Assembly: GCA_041652555.1 (NCBI GenBank)
Contig: JBAZHE010000004.1
Location: forward strand, 657-64,656
From: Patescibacteria group bacterium
Lineage (GTDB): Bacteria; Patescibacteriota; Patescibacteriia; Patescibacteriales; WJLG01
Length of the DNA: 64,000 nt
Direction of reading: 5' to 3'
The position numbers and the translations under genes were made by a program. Shown here one piece after another: positions 50,710 through 60,838 of the stretch. Positions within the stretch are counted from its first letter, which is position 1. Every line of letters begins with the position of its first letter. The notes below the pieces were generated by a model. That model was not told the origin of the DNA. It saw only the letters and a list, made by a program, of their open reading frames with translations, and did not search any database.

Positions 50710-53700
50710 TTAATTTTGATCAAAGAAGTAAGATTCTTTCAAGATACCATTACCAGAGCCGCGCGTTGTACCGGCAGACACGGCCGGTAAATCATCGCCA
50801 GTATTACCAGTCTCACCACTATCACGACAATAATATAATTTATAACCGGTATTATGACAAGTTCCAGTGGCTGGCAAACAATTCATTCCCTCTGGATTAT
50901 CGCGCCAAGGATACCAAGTAAAATCAGCGGCGATATCAGATGGCCAAGGATTGGTACAGGCAAAAACTTGCAAATCGGCCAGTGCCGTTAAACCATTTCC
51001 AATATTAGAATCATCTCTATTTGTAATATTAACAGTGGCGGTTAAGCCTGTTTGAGCGTCAATAATATCACTCCGCGCTCGCACCAATTGCGTTTCGGCA
51101 TTAACAGCAAATGGTGTTGGGTTAATAGTCTCAGCGACATCACCATTGGCAACTGCCCAATTCCAATTCCAAGCATAACCAGTGACCGGATAAAGCTTCT
51201 GGCCGTCGGACGAATAAGCGCTGGCGACAAAAACTTTATCAGCATCTTTAGTTTTATCAAAGGAATCAGCGCCGGAATCAGTATCGTTTTCATTTAAATC
51301 ATTTTCAACTTTATTAAAAAGATACGATGGCGGCTTAATGTCAACTTTTTCAATATCGCACAATCCTTTGTTTCCATTATCTCTAGTGGTAAACGACCAA
51401 ATAAAAGCCGGATGATATACAATATTATTAACAGTATTGGTAAAAGTAATACTGCCGAAAGTGGCTGTATTATCAACAGGACTATTGTCCGCATACATAC
51501 CGACGCCATAAGAACTTCGCACACCATTAGAATTATCTAGTTTATCATCACCTTTAATAATAACAAAATATTTAACATTAACATCTAAAATTCCCACCGG
51601 CTTAAAAATTAAACGCGTGGAATCCACTCCAACCTGCTCTGCGCTGGTCGCGCCGGAAATAGCACAATATTTCATTGCCGGATTCGGTCCGGGGCTAGCC
51701 TTGGCATCACGACCAAAAATATTATGTAAAAAACTTATAGCTTTAGTAAAAATGGTTAAATTTTTATTTTCTCCAAACGATAATAAAACGGAATTAGGCG
51801 GACAGGCGCCACTATATTCTCCAACCACTAAAACATTACCCTTAAAACTGGCAGTTGACATTATTTGATTGAAATCAACATAAATCGCGGCATTCGTACA
51901 AGCATCATCAGAGCCATCAGCCGGAGATGGCGACGTTGTTATAACGCTGGGGCGAGCGCGACAGCAAGAATCAACACCGCAACCGACACCAAGTGGACTA
52001 TTGCCACCGGCCACACATTCAGAATTAGATGAACAACCGCAACATAAACCACGGTCTGCGCCTCCGCAAGGAGAAACATTCGGCTGGCATTTTAAATTAT
52101 TATTTAAAACTGAGCACTGATCATTATTCGGGTCGCAACAACAATAACCGCAACCACCTTCAAGACCAGCCTGGCAAGCAAAAGGATTTTGGCAAATGCT
52201 TTGATCACAAGCATTGGTCGCTTTATTTTCACAAGAAAGCCCTAAATTCACTGTGCCACCGGCACATTTAACATCACAATCAGCCGCGGATTTAAAAGTT
52301 TTTGCCGCACCCGGGAAAGCCGTCGGATTGGAAGCGGAACAGCCACCATTAACATCACAAACATGATAACCGCAATAAGCTAAACCAGCTTGCGTAACTA
52401 AGTCAAATAAATTTCCGGCGCCTCGGGCAAACTGACGGCCGGCGCAAGAATTACTTTTAGTTCCATCCACACAGCAAGTACTGCTGTGATTAGTACAAGA
52501 AGCTGGGTCCAAAGAAGCGCAATCGCCACAAGCGCCTTCCGGCTGTCCATCGCCGTTTGGATCGGCGTTAACATCGCAATATTTAGAATAAGAAGAACCT
52601 TCACAATTGCAAGCCGCATCAGAGCTTGCTTGGTCGACAACTCCGCCAATTTCTATACGGCAACCAGAACAAACACCGTAAGTATTGGTATTATTATTTC
52701 TATCAACGCCACAAGTCCCTTCACAAATTAAACCAGTACAGCAATCATTATTATTGTTAGCTTTGCGACAGCAACATTCACAACTAGCGCCGTCAGCCGA
52801 ACAATCGCCCGGAGAATTAAAACAAGTGCCAAAAGGACAACTATTAGTAAATTTGCTTCGCTCGGAACAACTTTGATTTATCGGATCATTACTGCCCAAA
52901 TCAAACTTAGTGGAAAAATCCCACTCAAAAACACTGGACGGAATATTAATAGCACAATCACTAGCCGCATCAACACAACGTCCGGCGGCATAAGTTCCAG
53001 TTGGACAACAAACTTGCGCGCCACAAACCACATTTGGGTCTGACGCTTTCAAACAACTACCAATTTCTAAATTCAAACCATTACCGATTTCTTCCGGAGA
53101 ATTTTTTACTATTCTAGCCGGACCGGTAATCACCCCTTCCGGAACCATCGCCTTAACACGGAAAGCCTTAGCTAAACCTCTACCCTCTTCATCCCAAAAA
53201 GATATTTTTCCCGAGCCGAAAACATCACGATTATTATAGAATCTAACCTTACTTAAAGAAGTATCAAAATCACCGAAATACTCACCCCAAAATTCAACTA
53301 CCTGCCCAACCTGCGCCAACACCGGCTTAATTTTACAAAGCGATGGGAAGAGGGACAAAGTAGAATTAGCGCCAAAAAAATTCGGGCTTAAATTTTCCGT
53401 ATTAACTTCTCTATTATTAACAACTACAGTTAAAATATAATTTCCATTCACCAAGCTTTCTGGAACTTTTACTAAAATTTGCTTATCACTCCAAACACTA
53501 TCGGCGCAAATATCGGGGAAAAAATAATTAGCCTCGGAACCAGTTTGAGCGTTGCCGAAATAAACCGTGCTTGCTCCTTGAGTGGAACCGAAGCCGGAAC
53601 CGTAAATCGTAACATATTGCTTTGGAGCACCAACAACCGGCTCAAAAGAAATAATTCTCGGACCATTAGTCGCTTCCACTGTTTTAGAAAATTTTAAATA

Positions 53701-55098
53701 ATTACTCGGAACACCAGAAACAGTCGAAACAAAAGTTGTTGTATATCCGGTTTTAATGTTTGGCACCAAAGCCGAACCGTTAATCGAACCAAAACTGGAA
53801 TTTCTTCCGGCTATAGCCGCGTTAAGACGACCAAATTCAGAAATAGAATTATTCAAATTCAAACCATAATAAGAAATTTCCTCATCAAATGCACCACTCT
53901 CCGGTTCTATTTTACATAAACCGGGGCGTTGAATGTCATTAATAATAAAATCTGGCAAAATTTCACCAACAGCATCGTTAGTATCTTCATTTTTTGCATC
54001 AGCTGTAATTATTCTAATCGGACCGTTTTGGACGCCGGCCGGAACAACAACTATTATCTGATCGTCAGACCAATTAGAATCACAGCGCGGGTTATTCGGA
54101 AAAGAAGCTTCCACAGAAAAATCCGTTCCATTCCAAAAACGAACATGACCGACAGCTGTGCCAAAATAACGGCCACTAATAACTATAATATTTCCTGACG
54201 CGCCATTGGGCGCTTCAGTATTGCAAGTGGAGGCAGGGCAATCCGCGTCAGTAACACAAAAATTATTGACATTATTGGCGCAAAAACCACCAACCGGACT
54301 AACATCTTCTATAACCGGAAAGGCTAAGCAAGTACAGGTGGAGCTGGCACCAAAAGAATCGCAAGTCAAACCGCGGGAGCAAGCATTTTGATTAACCTGA
54401 CAGCCAGCGGCCTCCAAATCCAAATCGCAGGGTTCGCCGACACCGCCACCTTCTTCACAGGTGCAAGAAGATTCTTCACAATATAAGTTGGCACCGCACA
54501 TTATGCCACTAGCTTGGCAACTAGCCAAAGCCTCGTCGCCATCACAAGATTCACCAGCGCCAGCTAATCGCCGACAAGTACAATTATTGGAGCGGCAATA
54601 ATAACCATTGGAACACAAACTATCGGAAGCATCGCATTCCAGCGTAAGCGTATTTTCATCGCAAGCGGAACCCTCGCCTCCACCTGACGGAATCACACCG
54701 CCGCCACCCCCCCCACCACCTCCACCCGGAGCACCGGTAATATTTGCCATGCGATTTATTACAAAAGTAGCAACAATAAAGGCTGAAAAAATAATCACTA
54801 AGCCGATAACGGCGCTAATAATTATTTTTTTGGCCGTTTCCACTCTTTTTTCATCACCGGCCGAAGTCATCCAGACAAAACCGCCATAAACAATCAGCCC
54901 AACCGCCAAAAGACCCAAAAATCCCAAGATAATTTGGATAATGCGGACAACAATCACTCTTGGCTCGGTTGCGCCGAGATTCAAGTTATTTCCAGCGTCC
55001 AAACCGAAATTTGATTGCGCCCAAACCAAACCTCCAGCCACAAAGAAGGCTGCCAGAATTGAAAAAAATATTACAAATTTTAATTTTTTAGGAAACAT
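50710..55098 (-). CDS. Giant (1462-aa) surface protein: signal peptide, T4SS-pilin (TrbC/VirB2)-like TM hairpin, poly-Gly linker, Cys-rich and IPT/TIG-like ectodomain
   Basis: IIQIILGFLGLLAVGLIVYGGFVWMTSAGDEKRVETAKKIIISAVIGLVIIFSAFIVATFVI (two-TM pilin-like hairpin). GAPGGGGGGGGGGVIPSGGGEGS. Many CxxxC / CCxC clusters. IPT-like segments (GNIIVISGRYFG, QYVTIYGSGFG). Confidence 0.65.
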   Translation of the reverse strand: MFPKKLKFVIFFSILAAFFVAGGLVWAQSNFGLDAGNNLNLGATEPRVIVVRIIQIILGFLGLLAVGLIVYGGFVWMTSAGDEKRVETAKKIIISAVIGLVIIFSAFIVATFVINRMANITGAPGGGGGGGGGGVIPSGGGEGSACDENTLTLECDASDSLCSNGYYCRSNNCTCRRLAGAGESCDGDEALASCQASGIMCGANLYCEESSCTCEEGGGVGEPCDLDLEAAGCQVNQNACSRGLTCDSFGASSTCTCLAFPVIEDVSPVGGFCANNVNNFCVTDADCPASTCNTEAPNGASGNIIVISGRYFGTAVGHVRFWNGTDFSVEASFPNNPRCDSNWSDDQIIVVVPAGVQNGPIRIITADAKNEDTNDAVGEILPDFIINDIQRPGLCKIEPESGAFDEEISYYGLNLNNSISEFGRLNAAIAGRNSSFGSINGSALVPNIKTGYTTTFVSTVSGVPSNYLKFSKTVEATNGPRIISFEPVVGAPKQYVTIYGSGFGSTQGASTVYFGNAQTGSEANYFFPDICADSVWSDKQILVKVPESLVNGNYILTVVVNNREVNTENLSPNFFGANSTLSLFPSLCKIKPVLAQVGQVVEFWGEYFGDFDTSLSKVRFYNNRDVFGSGKISFWDEEGRGLAKAFRVKAMVPEGVITGPARIVKNSPEEIGNGLNLEIGSCLKASDPNVVCGAQVCCPTGTYAAGRCVDAASDCAINIPSSVFEWDFSTKFDLGSNDPINQSCSERSKFTNSCPFGTCFNSPGDCSADGASCECCCRKANNNNDCCTGLICEGTCGVDRNNNTNTYGVCSGCRIEIGGVVDQASSDAACNCEGSSYSKYCDVNADPNGDGQPEGACGDCASLDPASCTNHSSTCCVDGTKSNSCAGRQFARGAGNLFDLVTQAGLAYCGYHVCDVNGGCSASNPTAFPGAAKTFKSAADCDVKCAGGTVNLGLSCENKATNACDQSICQNPFACQAGLEGGCGYCCCDPNNDQCSVLNNNLKCQPNVSPCGGADRGLCCGCSSNSECVAGGNSPLGVGCGVDSCCRARPSVITTSPSPADGSDDACTNAAIYVDFNQIMSTASFKGNVLVVGEYSGACPPNSVLLSFGENKNLTIFTKAISFLHNIFGRDAKASPGPNPAMKYCAISGATSAEQVGVDSTRLIFKPVGILDVNVKYFVIIKGDDKLDNSNGVRSSYGVGMYADNSPVDNTATFGSITFTNTVNNIVYHPAFIWSFTTRDNGNKGLCDIEKVDIKPPSYLFNKVENDLNENDTDSGADSFDKTKDADKVFVASAYSSDGQKLYPVTGYAWNWNWAVANGDVAETINPTPFAVNAETQLVRARSDIIDAQTGLTATVNITNRDDSNIGNGLTALADLQVFACTNPWPSDIAADFTWYPWRDNPEGMNCLPATGTCHNTGYKLYYCRDSGETGNTGDDLPAVSAGTTRGSGNGILKESYFFDQN
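54707..54714. repeat. C8 (coding-strand G8) homopolymer inside the poly-Gly linker of the giant protein
   Basis: ccgccaCCCCCCCCaccacc read directly. Confidence 0.9.
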
Positions 55099-55110
55099 TA
55101 TTTTAAAATA

Positions 55111-56433
55111 TTAAAATCTTAGCTGATTATTCAGGTCCATTACCGCTTCAAATTCTTCACGAGTAAGATAATTTAGATTCTTGATTTTACGGTCGGCGAT
55201 AACAGCATCTATATCTTTGCCTTCAGTAATTGATTCCTGTCCGATGGAAAGATAGGTTCTGTTTACCGGACTGCGGCGCCAGGCTTGGATGCCGGCCAGT
55301 TGCTTATTAATCCCCTCCCTAGCTAAAAGATCAACGACACTTTTTATTTTCTTGCCAATATTTTGCGGGCTATTTCCTAAGCGACGAAAATTTATCAAAT
55401 CCATATAAGCTAATTCGTCAATCGGGCTCATCACTTGCGGCGGACCAATATCATCCATTTTTTTCTTATTCCCCGGTGTCGCTAAAGCGCGTATTGCTTC
55501 TTTATTTTCCGGCACCTTATCCGTTAAAATTTCTTTTGCTTTTTCTTGTTCAGCAGCGGAAAATTCGTTCAAATCAATTCTCTCTTTCGCGACGGAAGCA
55601 ATAGGGATAATTGTTTCTTCGGGAGCGCTGGGAATTTTTTCAGTTGTCACAACCTCTTTCTTTTTTAACTCCGCGGCTAAATCATATTCAGCCCCATCTC
55701 CGCTAAAGCTACGATGGGTAAATTTATCTTGCGGAAGCTGTGGTGAAATAACCTCACTTTTCTGAAATTTTACGCCAAACTCTTTTTTATTCTGCGCGGC
55801 CGCCAAAACTCGATCAGCTTCCGCCTCTTCCAAAGATAAACCGCCAGACAAAACGCTTTTCAACAATCCTTCTCGCGCTTCAGCCTTAGTTCTTATTCCT
55901 TTTAGATAAGTTAAAATAATCTTACGCAAACGACCGGCCAATTCAGAGCTGGCAAAGGTTATGCCGGAAGAATGTGAAATTTCTTCAGCCACGGCATCCA
56001 AATCTAAAACTTTCGACGGCAAAGAAGCGGCTTGTTCGGTAAAGGAAGACTTTCCTTCATTCGATTCTATTTTTTCTCCTTCACTCATCAACCTGTCTTC
56101 CAGCTTATCCTCTGTCGCTTTAGTGAAAGGGGAAGCTTCAATAAGAGGTGATTCTGCTAACGCTAAATATTCCTGAGCATCTTTAAAAACGCGAGCGCGC
56201 AATTCCGCTTCCAGTGTCGCCGCTCGGACTCGGTCGAGCTTGAATTCTTTTTCCAAAATCACTGCTAATTCAACAAAAGGGAAATCCTTAATCATCGCAC
56301 GGACGACCAAATTAGCCAATGGCAAACTATACCGGCTTTCCAGATCTTCTATCGCCTCCAAAACTTCAGCACTAGAAACTTTTTTCTTAATGTTGTCTGA
56401 CAGGCTATTATATTTTTGTAAAAATTCCAACAT
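55111..56433 (-). CDS. Hypothetical cytoplasmic protein (440 aa)
   Basis: ORF track; tightly packed in the operon (3-nt gap to the upstream gene). Confidence 0.5.
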   Translation of the reverse strand: MLEFLQKYNSLSDNIKKKVSSAEVLEAIEDLESRYSLPLANLVVRAMIKDFPFVELAVILEKEFKLDRVRAATLEAELRARVFKDAQEYLALAESPLIEASPFTKATEDKLEDRLMSEGEKIESNEGKSSFTEQAASLPSKVLDLDAVAEEISHSSGITFASSELAGRLRKIILTYLKGIRTKAEAREGLLKSVLSGGLSLEEAEADRVLAAAQNKKEFGVKFQKSEVISPQLPQDKFTHRSFSGDGAEYDLAAELKKKEVVTTEKIPSAPEETIIPIASVAKERIDLNEFSAAEQEKAKEILTDKVPENKEAIRALATPGNKKKMDDIGPPQVMSPIDELAYMDLINFRRLGNSPQNIGKKIKSVVDLLAREGINKQLAGIQAWRRSPVNRTYLSIGQESITEGKDIDAVIADRKIKNLNYLTREEFEAVMDLNNQLRF

Positions 56434-56435
56434 TT

Positions 56436-57569
56436 TTATTCTAATTTTTTTATTTCTTCTTCAATCATTTTGCGTTCCAGACCACGAGAGTCGTAACGGT
56501 CGGCCTCGGTTTTTAATTCAGCAATTTTCTTAGCACGCTCCACAGCCGGCTGATTAATTATTTCTTTTTCTTTTTCCAAACGAGCTTTGGCTTCAGATAA
56601 GTCTCCAGTTTCTTCTTCTTTTTCAAAAGGAATTATCTGCCAATCAACACCATCCTCGTTTGGCATACTATCCGGAAAAAATTTAAGATTCCGATAAAGA
56701 ATTAATAATTTTTTCACTAATTCGCGATCCTCATCATTTAATTTTTTAGCATTGACTGATTTTAATAAAAAATCTCCTAAAACTATATTATCAAAAATTC
56801 CACTACCTTTTTGCTCTATAAAATCTTTTAGCCAATTACCAATTGTACCAAACGCTGATTTCTTTTCTAATACAAATGGTGCGGTTGTAATTTTTTCCTC
56901 ATTAGAAAGCAAAGCACGAAAAAGCTGATCACGATAAGCAAAACCTTTATCACCGGCAAGTATTTCTAATAAGACATTATTAACAGTATTAATAATATAA
57001 GGAGATTCGGTTGATAAAAAACCTGCAATATTAGAATTAAATATTTCATCACAATCCCTCTTTTCTTTTTTAGGGTCAACATCTTGAATAATATCATTTT
57101 CTGCAACTTCAATCTTCTGTTTTGCCTCCGCTAATAATTCAACTTCATATTTTTTATTAGCCGTTTCCTCCGCCAACCATTCTTCTTTTTCTTTTTTAAC
57201 TGACGCTATTTCTTCGTTAGTATTTTTTTCATAATCAGCCGAATTACCACCTAATGAACGCATATAATCATCTATTCCTCCGATCCAATCCTTAACAACC
57301 ATAAGACGTAAACCAACAATATCAAGAGCTAAGGTTTTAGCTTTTACATCATCAAAAGAAAATAATTCTTTTATTTTGGGAATTAACTCAGTTAAAAGAA
57401 CATTCTTGCGAAACAAATCAGAAATTAAACTGGCCATTTTAGTACTGTCATTTCCTGTTAAACCGTTTTTTTCACTAATAAAAACATTGTTTTCAACGGC
57501 TTTAGCTGAATTTCTATAATCCTCAACAATTTCAGGAATATCTTTTTTGTTTTTTTTATCAATAGTCAT
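56436..57569 (-). CDS. Hypothetical acidic protein (377 aa)
   Basis: ORF track; operon context. Confidence 0.5.
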   Translation of the reverse strand: MTIDKKNKKDIPEIVEDYRNSAKAVENNVFISEKNGLTGNDSTKMASLISDLFRKNVLLTELIPKIKELFSFDDVKAKTLALDIVGLRLMVVKDWIGGIDDYMRSLGGNSADYEKNTNEEIASVKKEKEEWLAEETANKKYEVELLAEAKQKIEVAENDIIQDVDPKKEKRDCDEIFNSNIAGFLSTESPYIINTVNNVLLEILAGDKGFAYRDQLFRALLSNEEKITTAPFVLEKKSAFGTIGNWLKDFIEQKGSGIFDNIVLGDFLLKSVNAKKLNDEDRELVKKLLILYRNLKFFPDSMPNEDGVDWQIIPFEKEEETGDLSEAKARLEKEKEIINQPAVERAKKIAELKTEADRYDSRGLERKMIEEEIKKLE

Positions 57570-57574
57570 AAAAA

Positions 57575-60049
57575 TTATGCAACTGCTGTTGATATATCAT
57601 CATCATTATCTATTCTAGTAGAATCACGATGACCCGCAGCTTTCATCATATCTCTTAACTTAACTACTAGTGCCATATTCTCTCCTTGTTTATTTAAAGC
57701 CTTAAGTTTATTATAACTCATTGATTCAACCACTGCTCTCTCAGCCGCAGCACCATGATTATTTAAGAATTTACCCAAGCTTTCCATATTTAAACCATTA
57801 ATATCCACAGCCTTGGAACGCTGAAAAAATGCTTTTAGATTTTCTTCATTGAAACCATTAGTAGCATCAGCATCTTCAAAGGAGTTTTCTATATTACCAG
57901 TAAGCTCAACATGTAAAATAGAAGATTTTGCCGCCGCATCTTCGTACTCCTTAGCTTTAGTTGCATCTCCAGCTCTCAAAGACTCTTCTGCCTTTCCGAC
58001 AAAAGTATCGCGCATTGCTGGTAAAAGTTTAGAAATATTATCTCGACCATCACGACCGGATTTCTTAAATGCCGATTCAATAGCTTTTTTAAATTCTCCT
58101 GATTCCATATTATCTTTAGCAGCCAAAAACATTGCAGTATTGTCAGCCTTATAAAGAGGTGTTGGCAAGTTAGTAAGATCAATTTTCCCTTTCTCCAGTC
58201 TCTTTTTAAATCTATCAACGTCTCCTTCATTTGACATATCATAATTATAAGCAGTCTGTTTTTTATCGATAGAGTCTTCTACTTTTTCAAATATTGGTTT
58301 TAGACCAGAAGTAATTTTCTTAGCCAAATCAGCGTCTTTCTTGTTACGCAAATTACCGCCTTCAGACAACACATTAGCAGCAGCTATTCTATCTATATCG
58401 TTAGCCCCACTATTTTCCATTATTGCCAACTGCTGACCAGCATCCAAATTTTTAAATTCTTTTGATTTAGATTCAACTTTTTCTTCTTTAACTTTATCAG
58501 AAACTGCTCTAACCTTATTAACCGAAGAACTAACAGATTGATGAATTGCAGCTTCGAAAGAGTCCATTTTTTTAACACTCTTCTTGCCATTTTTCAAAAC
58601 TTCAGCATTATTTTTCTCATTAACAAAAACTTTTTGTGAATCATCCCACATCCACTTCTTATCATTCAAACTTAATTTAGCATTCTTATCACCTCCCTGA
58701 ACCTTCATAAACTGCTCATGTCTAGCACGATTCAAATCACGATCTCCCAATACTTTATTTTTTAACTTCTCTATAGCTCTACCAGGTTGTTTTATTCCAG
58801 CCATTGCTAAAGAAGAAATTCCAGACATAGCCGTAGCTTTTAATTTATTGTCCGGCTTCATGGTAGCGGCAATACCTGCGCCTGCCAAACGATCTAATGT
58901 TCCAAGGCCAATCTTCCCGGTTGCCACTCCCGCACCAACAACCGCCGCGCCACCAGCCACGGCCGCGCCAGTAACTTTTTTCTTCGTCCACCCCGCACCA
59001 GCGTTAATTTTCGCTAAGCCGGCACCGGCGATTTTGCCGACACCGCCGGCCATTGATTGTGAAATCATTAGGCCGCCAATTAACATACCGATAGATACGG
59101 CAAACTTAGCTAAAGGTTCAAATTTAGAAATCGCAGTTAATCCTTCCGGCCCAACCAAGTCAGTCGGCAAACCTTCTAATTGGCTGGAACTGCCGACCGA
59201 AACAAAGGCTAGCCACAAGAAAAAAGCTAAGACCGGACCGATAATAACATTCTCAGTAAAATCACTCCACCATTTTTTTGCATAACTTGCGCCTTGCGGA
59301 AAAGTGGAAAGGAAATAAGCCAAAGGAGAAAGCACGACATAAATCCAAAGCATCACGATTCTCATCGTCAGAACTCCGATAAAAACTACCAGCACTACAG
59401 CGGAAATAAGCACCATTATTAAAGCTAGCGCATAAGAAGAAAAGACTGTAAAAGCATTGGCTCCTGTCCCCGTTGTAGAATCATTAAACATTTCTAGCTT
59501 TGGGATAGCAAACATTTCAGAAAAACTGCCGGCGGCCACATCTTTAATTTGCGACAAAAAGGCCAGCATTACTATCTGCGCAACATCAATAATTAATCCG
59601 CAAATAGTTTTGGAAAAATTTATCAAAACCGCCATTATCAAAAGCTTGGGTAAAGTTTCCTTTATACTGTATCCGCCAACGCGCAAAATAGTAGAAAAAG
59701 CGATCACTAAGAGAATGATGATAAAAAATAAATTACAAATATCGCGAACAATCACCCAACCACTTACCACTGCTGCCGCCGTAGTGAACCCGCTATATCT
59801 GGCCAAACCGATAACCATAGCTATTAATAAACCAAGAAGCCATAAAATAAAATTATAAAAAGCGGATACAATACTACTTAATATATTAGAAACCCAACCA
59901 TCTCCAGCCGCTAGCGCAATATTACCGGCAGAAAAAGAGACAACCACCAAGGCCAAAACCAAAACAACCATTGGCCAATTTTTCTTTTGACTGAAAATTT
60001 TATCTTTAATTTTTTTTAAAAAATTTTTCATTTTTAAATTAAGCTCCAA
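57575..60049 (-). CDS. 824-aa polytopic membrane protein (N-terminal ~400 aa multi-TM; possibly TrbL/VirB6-like) with a large soluble C-terminal half
   Basis: At least 8 hydrophobic helices (e.g. LLGLLIAMVIGLARY, LFFIIILLVIAFSTIL, ICGLIIDVAQIVMLAFL). The VirB6 assignment rests on context with the pilin-like protein only. Confidence 0.45.
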   Translation of the reverse strand: MELNLKMKNFLKKIKDKIFSQKKNWPMVVLVLALVVVSFSAGNIALAAGDGWVSNILSSIVSAFYNFILWLLGLLIAMVIGLARYSGFTTAAAVVSGWVIVRDICNLFFIIILLVIAFSTILRVGGYSIKETLPKLLIMAVLINFSKTICGLIIDVAQIVMLAFLSQIKDVAAGSFSEMFAIPKLEMFNDSTTGTGANAFTVFSSYALALIMVLISAVVLVVFIGVLTMRIVMLWIYVVLSPLAYFLSTFPQGASYAKKWWSDFTENVIIGPVLAFFLWLAFVSVGSSSQLEGLPTDLVGPEGLTAISKFEPLAKFAVSIGMLIGGLMISQSMAGGVGKIAGAGLAKINAGAGWTKKKVTGAAVAGGAAVVGAGVATGKIGLGTLDRLAGAGIAATMKPDNKLKATAMSGISSLAMAGIKQPGRAIEKLKNKVLGDRDLNRARHEQFMKVQGGDKNAKLSLNDKKWMWDDSQKVFVNEKNNAEVLKNGKKSVKKMDSFEAAIHQSVSSSVNKVRAVSDKVKEEKVESKSKEFKNLDAGQQLAIMENSGANDIDRIAAANVLSEGGNLRNKKDADLAKKITSGLKPIFEKVEDSIDKKQTAYNYDMSNEGDVDRFKKRLEKGKIDLTNLPTPLYKADNTAMFLAAKDNMESGEFKKAIESAFKKSGRDGRDNISKLLPAMRDTFVGKAEESLRAGDATKAKEYEDAAAKSSILHVELTGNIENSFEDADATNGFNEENLKAFFQRSKAVDINGLNMESLGKFLNNHGAAAERAVVESMSYNKLKALNKQGENMALVVKLRDMMKAAGHRDSTRIDNDDDISTAVA

Positions 60050-60653
60050 AGGTTGATTTTACCCAAGAAGTTATCGCCTCCCAGCCAGCTTCCATGACTG
60101 TTTGCCCGGCATTGCTCATCATTACTAAGAAAAAAATTATTGCCAATAAAACAAAGAGTATTATCACATCTATTAAACCTATTAGTACTTTTTCCCCCAA
60201 ACCAATCATTTTCGCTTTGTCTTTTAGGATCTCCGCTCCAGGAGCTTTTCCGCTCTTAGCCAAACCCCATTCTTCACCCAAATCACAAAAAAATTTCTTG
60301 CCAAAAATAGCATTTCCCAACCAATGAGCATTTATATAATAAAAACCAAGAATAAAACCGACTACGGTAGCAGCCGAAAACCAAGATTTTTTTAAAAGCG
60401 ACGCGGTGGCAATAGCGGCCGGATTGATTGAACTGGGAATTTCACCGACAATTTTTTCTGCCGCGGATTCTTTATTCTTTAAAGCTTGAGCGCGCACCTG
60501 ATTAAAAGTACTGATGTTTTCTTCGCCGGCCTTCTCTTCTATTATTGGCTGACGCGCACTTACTTGTTTGCGCCACAAATTTCGAGCGACAGAAATTTGT
60601 TCCGGCCCAGATAATGTTTTTAAAGATAACAATTTTTCATCAACGCTCGGCAT
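60039..60653 (-). CDS. Membrane protein (two C-terminal TM segments), first gene of the long operon
   Basis: ATG at 60653 (MPSVDEKLL) is preferred over the track start at 60692. TMs ATVVGFILGFYYINAHW and LIDVIILFVLLAIIFFLVMM. Confidence 0.5.
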   Translation of the reverse strand: MPSVDEKLLSLKTLSGPEQISVARNLWRKQVSARQPIIEEKAGEENISTFNQVRAQALKNKESAAEKIVGEIPSSINPAAIATASLLKKSWFSAATVVGFILGFYYINAHWLGNAIFGKKFFCDLGEEWGLAKSGKAPGAEILKDKAKMIGLGEKVLIGLIDVIILFVLLAIIFFLVMMSNAGQTVMEAGWEAITSWVKSTFGA

Positions 60654-60838
60654 TTTTTCTTTAAAATATCGGCAAATTTTCCCCTTGCACACAAGGAAAA
60701 AATCAACCTATTTCTTCATTGTTAATTATAACATAAAACAGGAGAGAAGGACAAGAAAAATTTTCCCAAAAATAAAAAGCCCGCGAGTTGAAAGTTATCA
60801 ACAACGCGGGCTCATATCTTGAAAGTGCACAATCAGTT

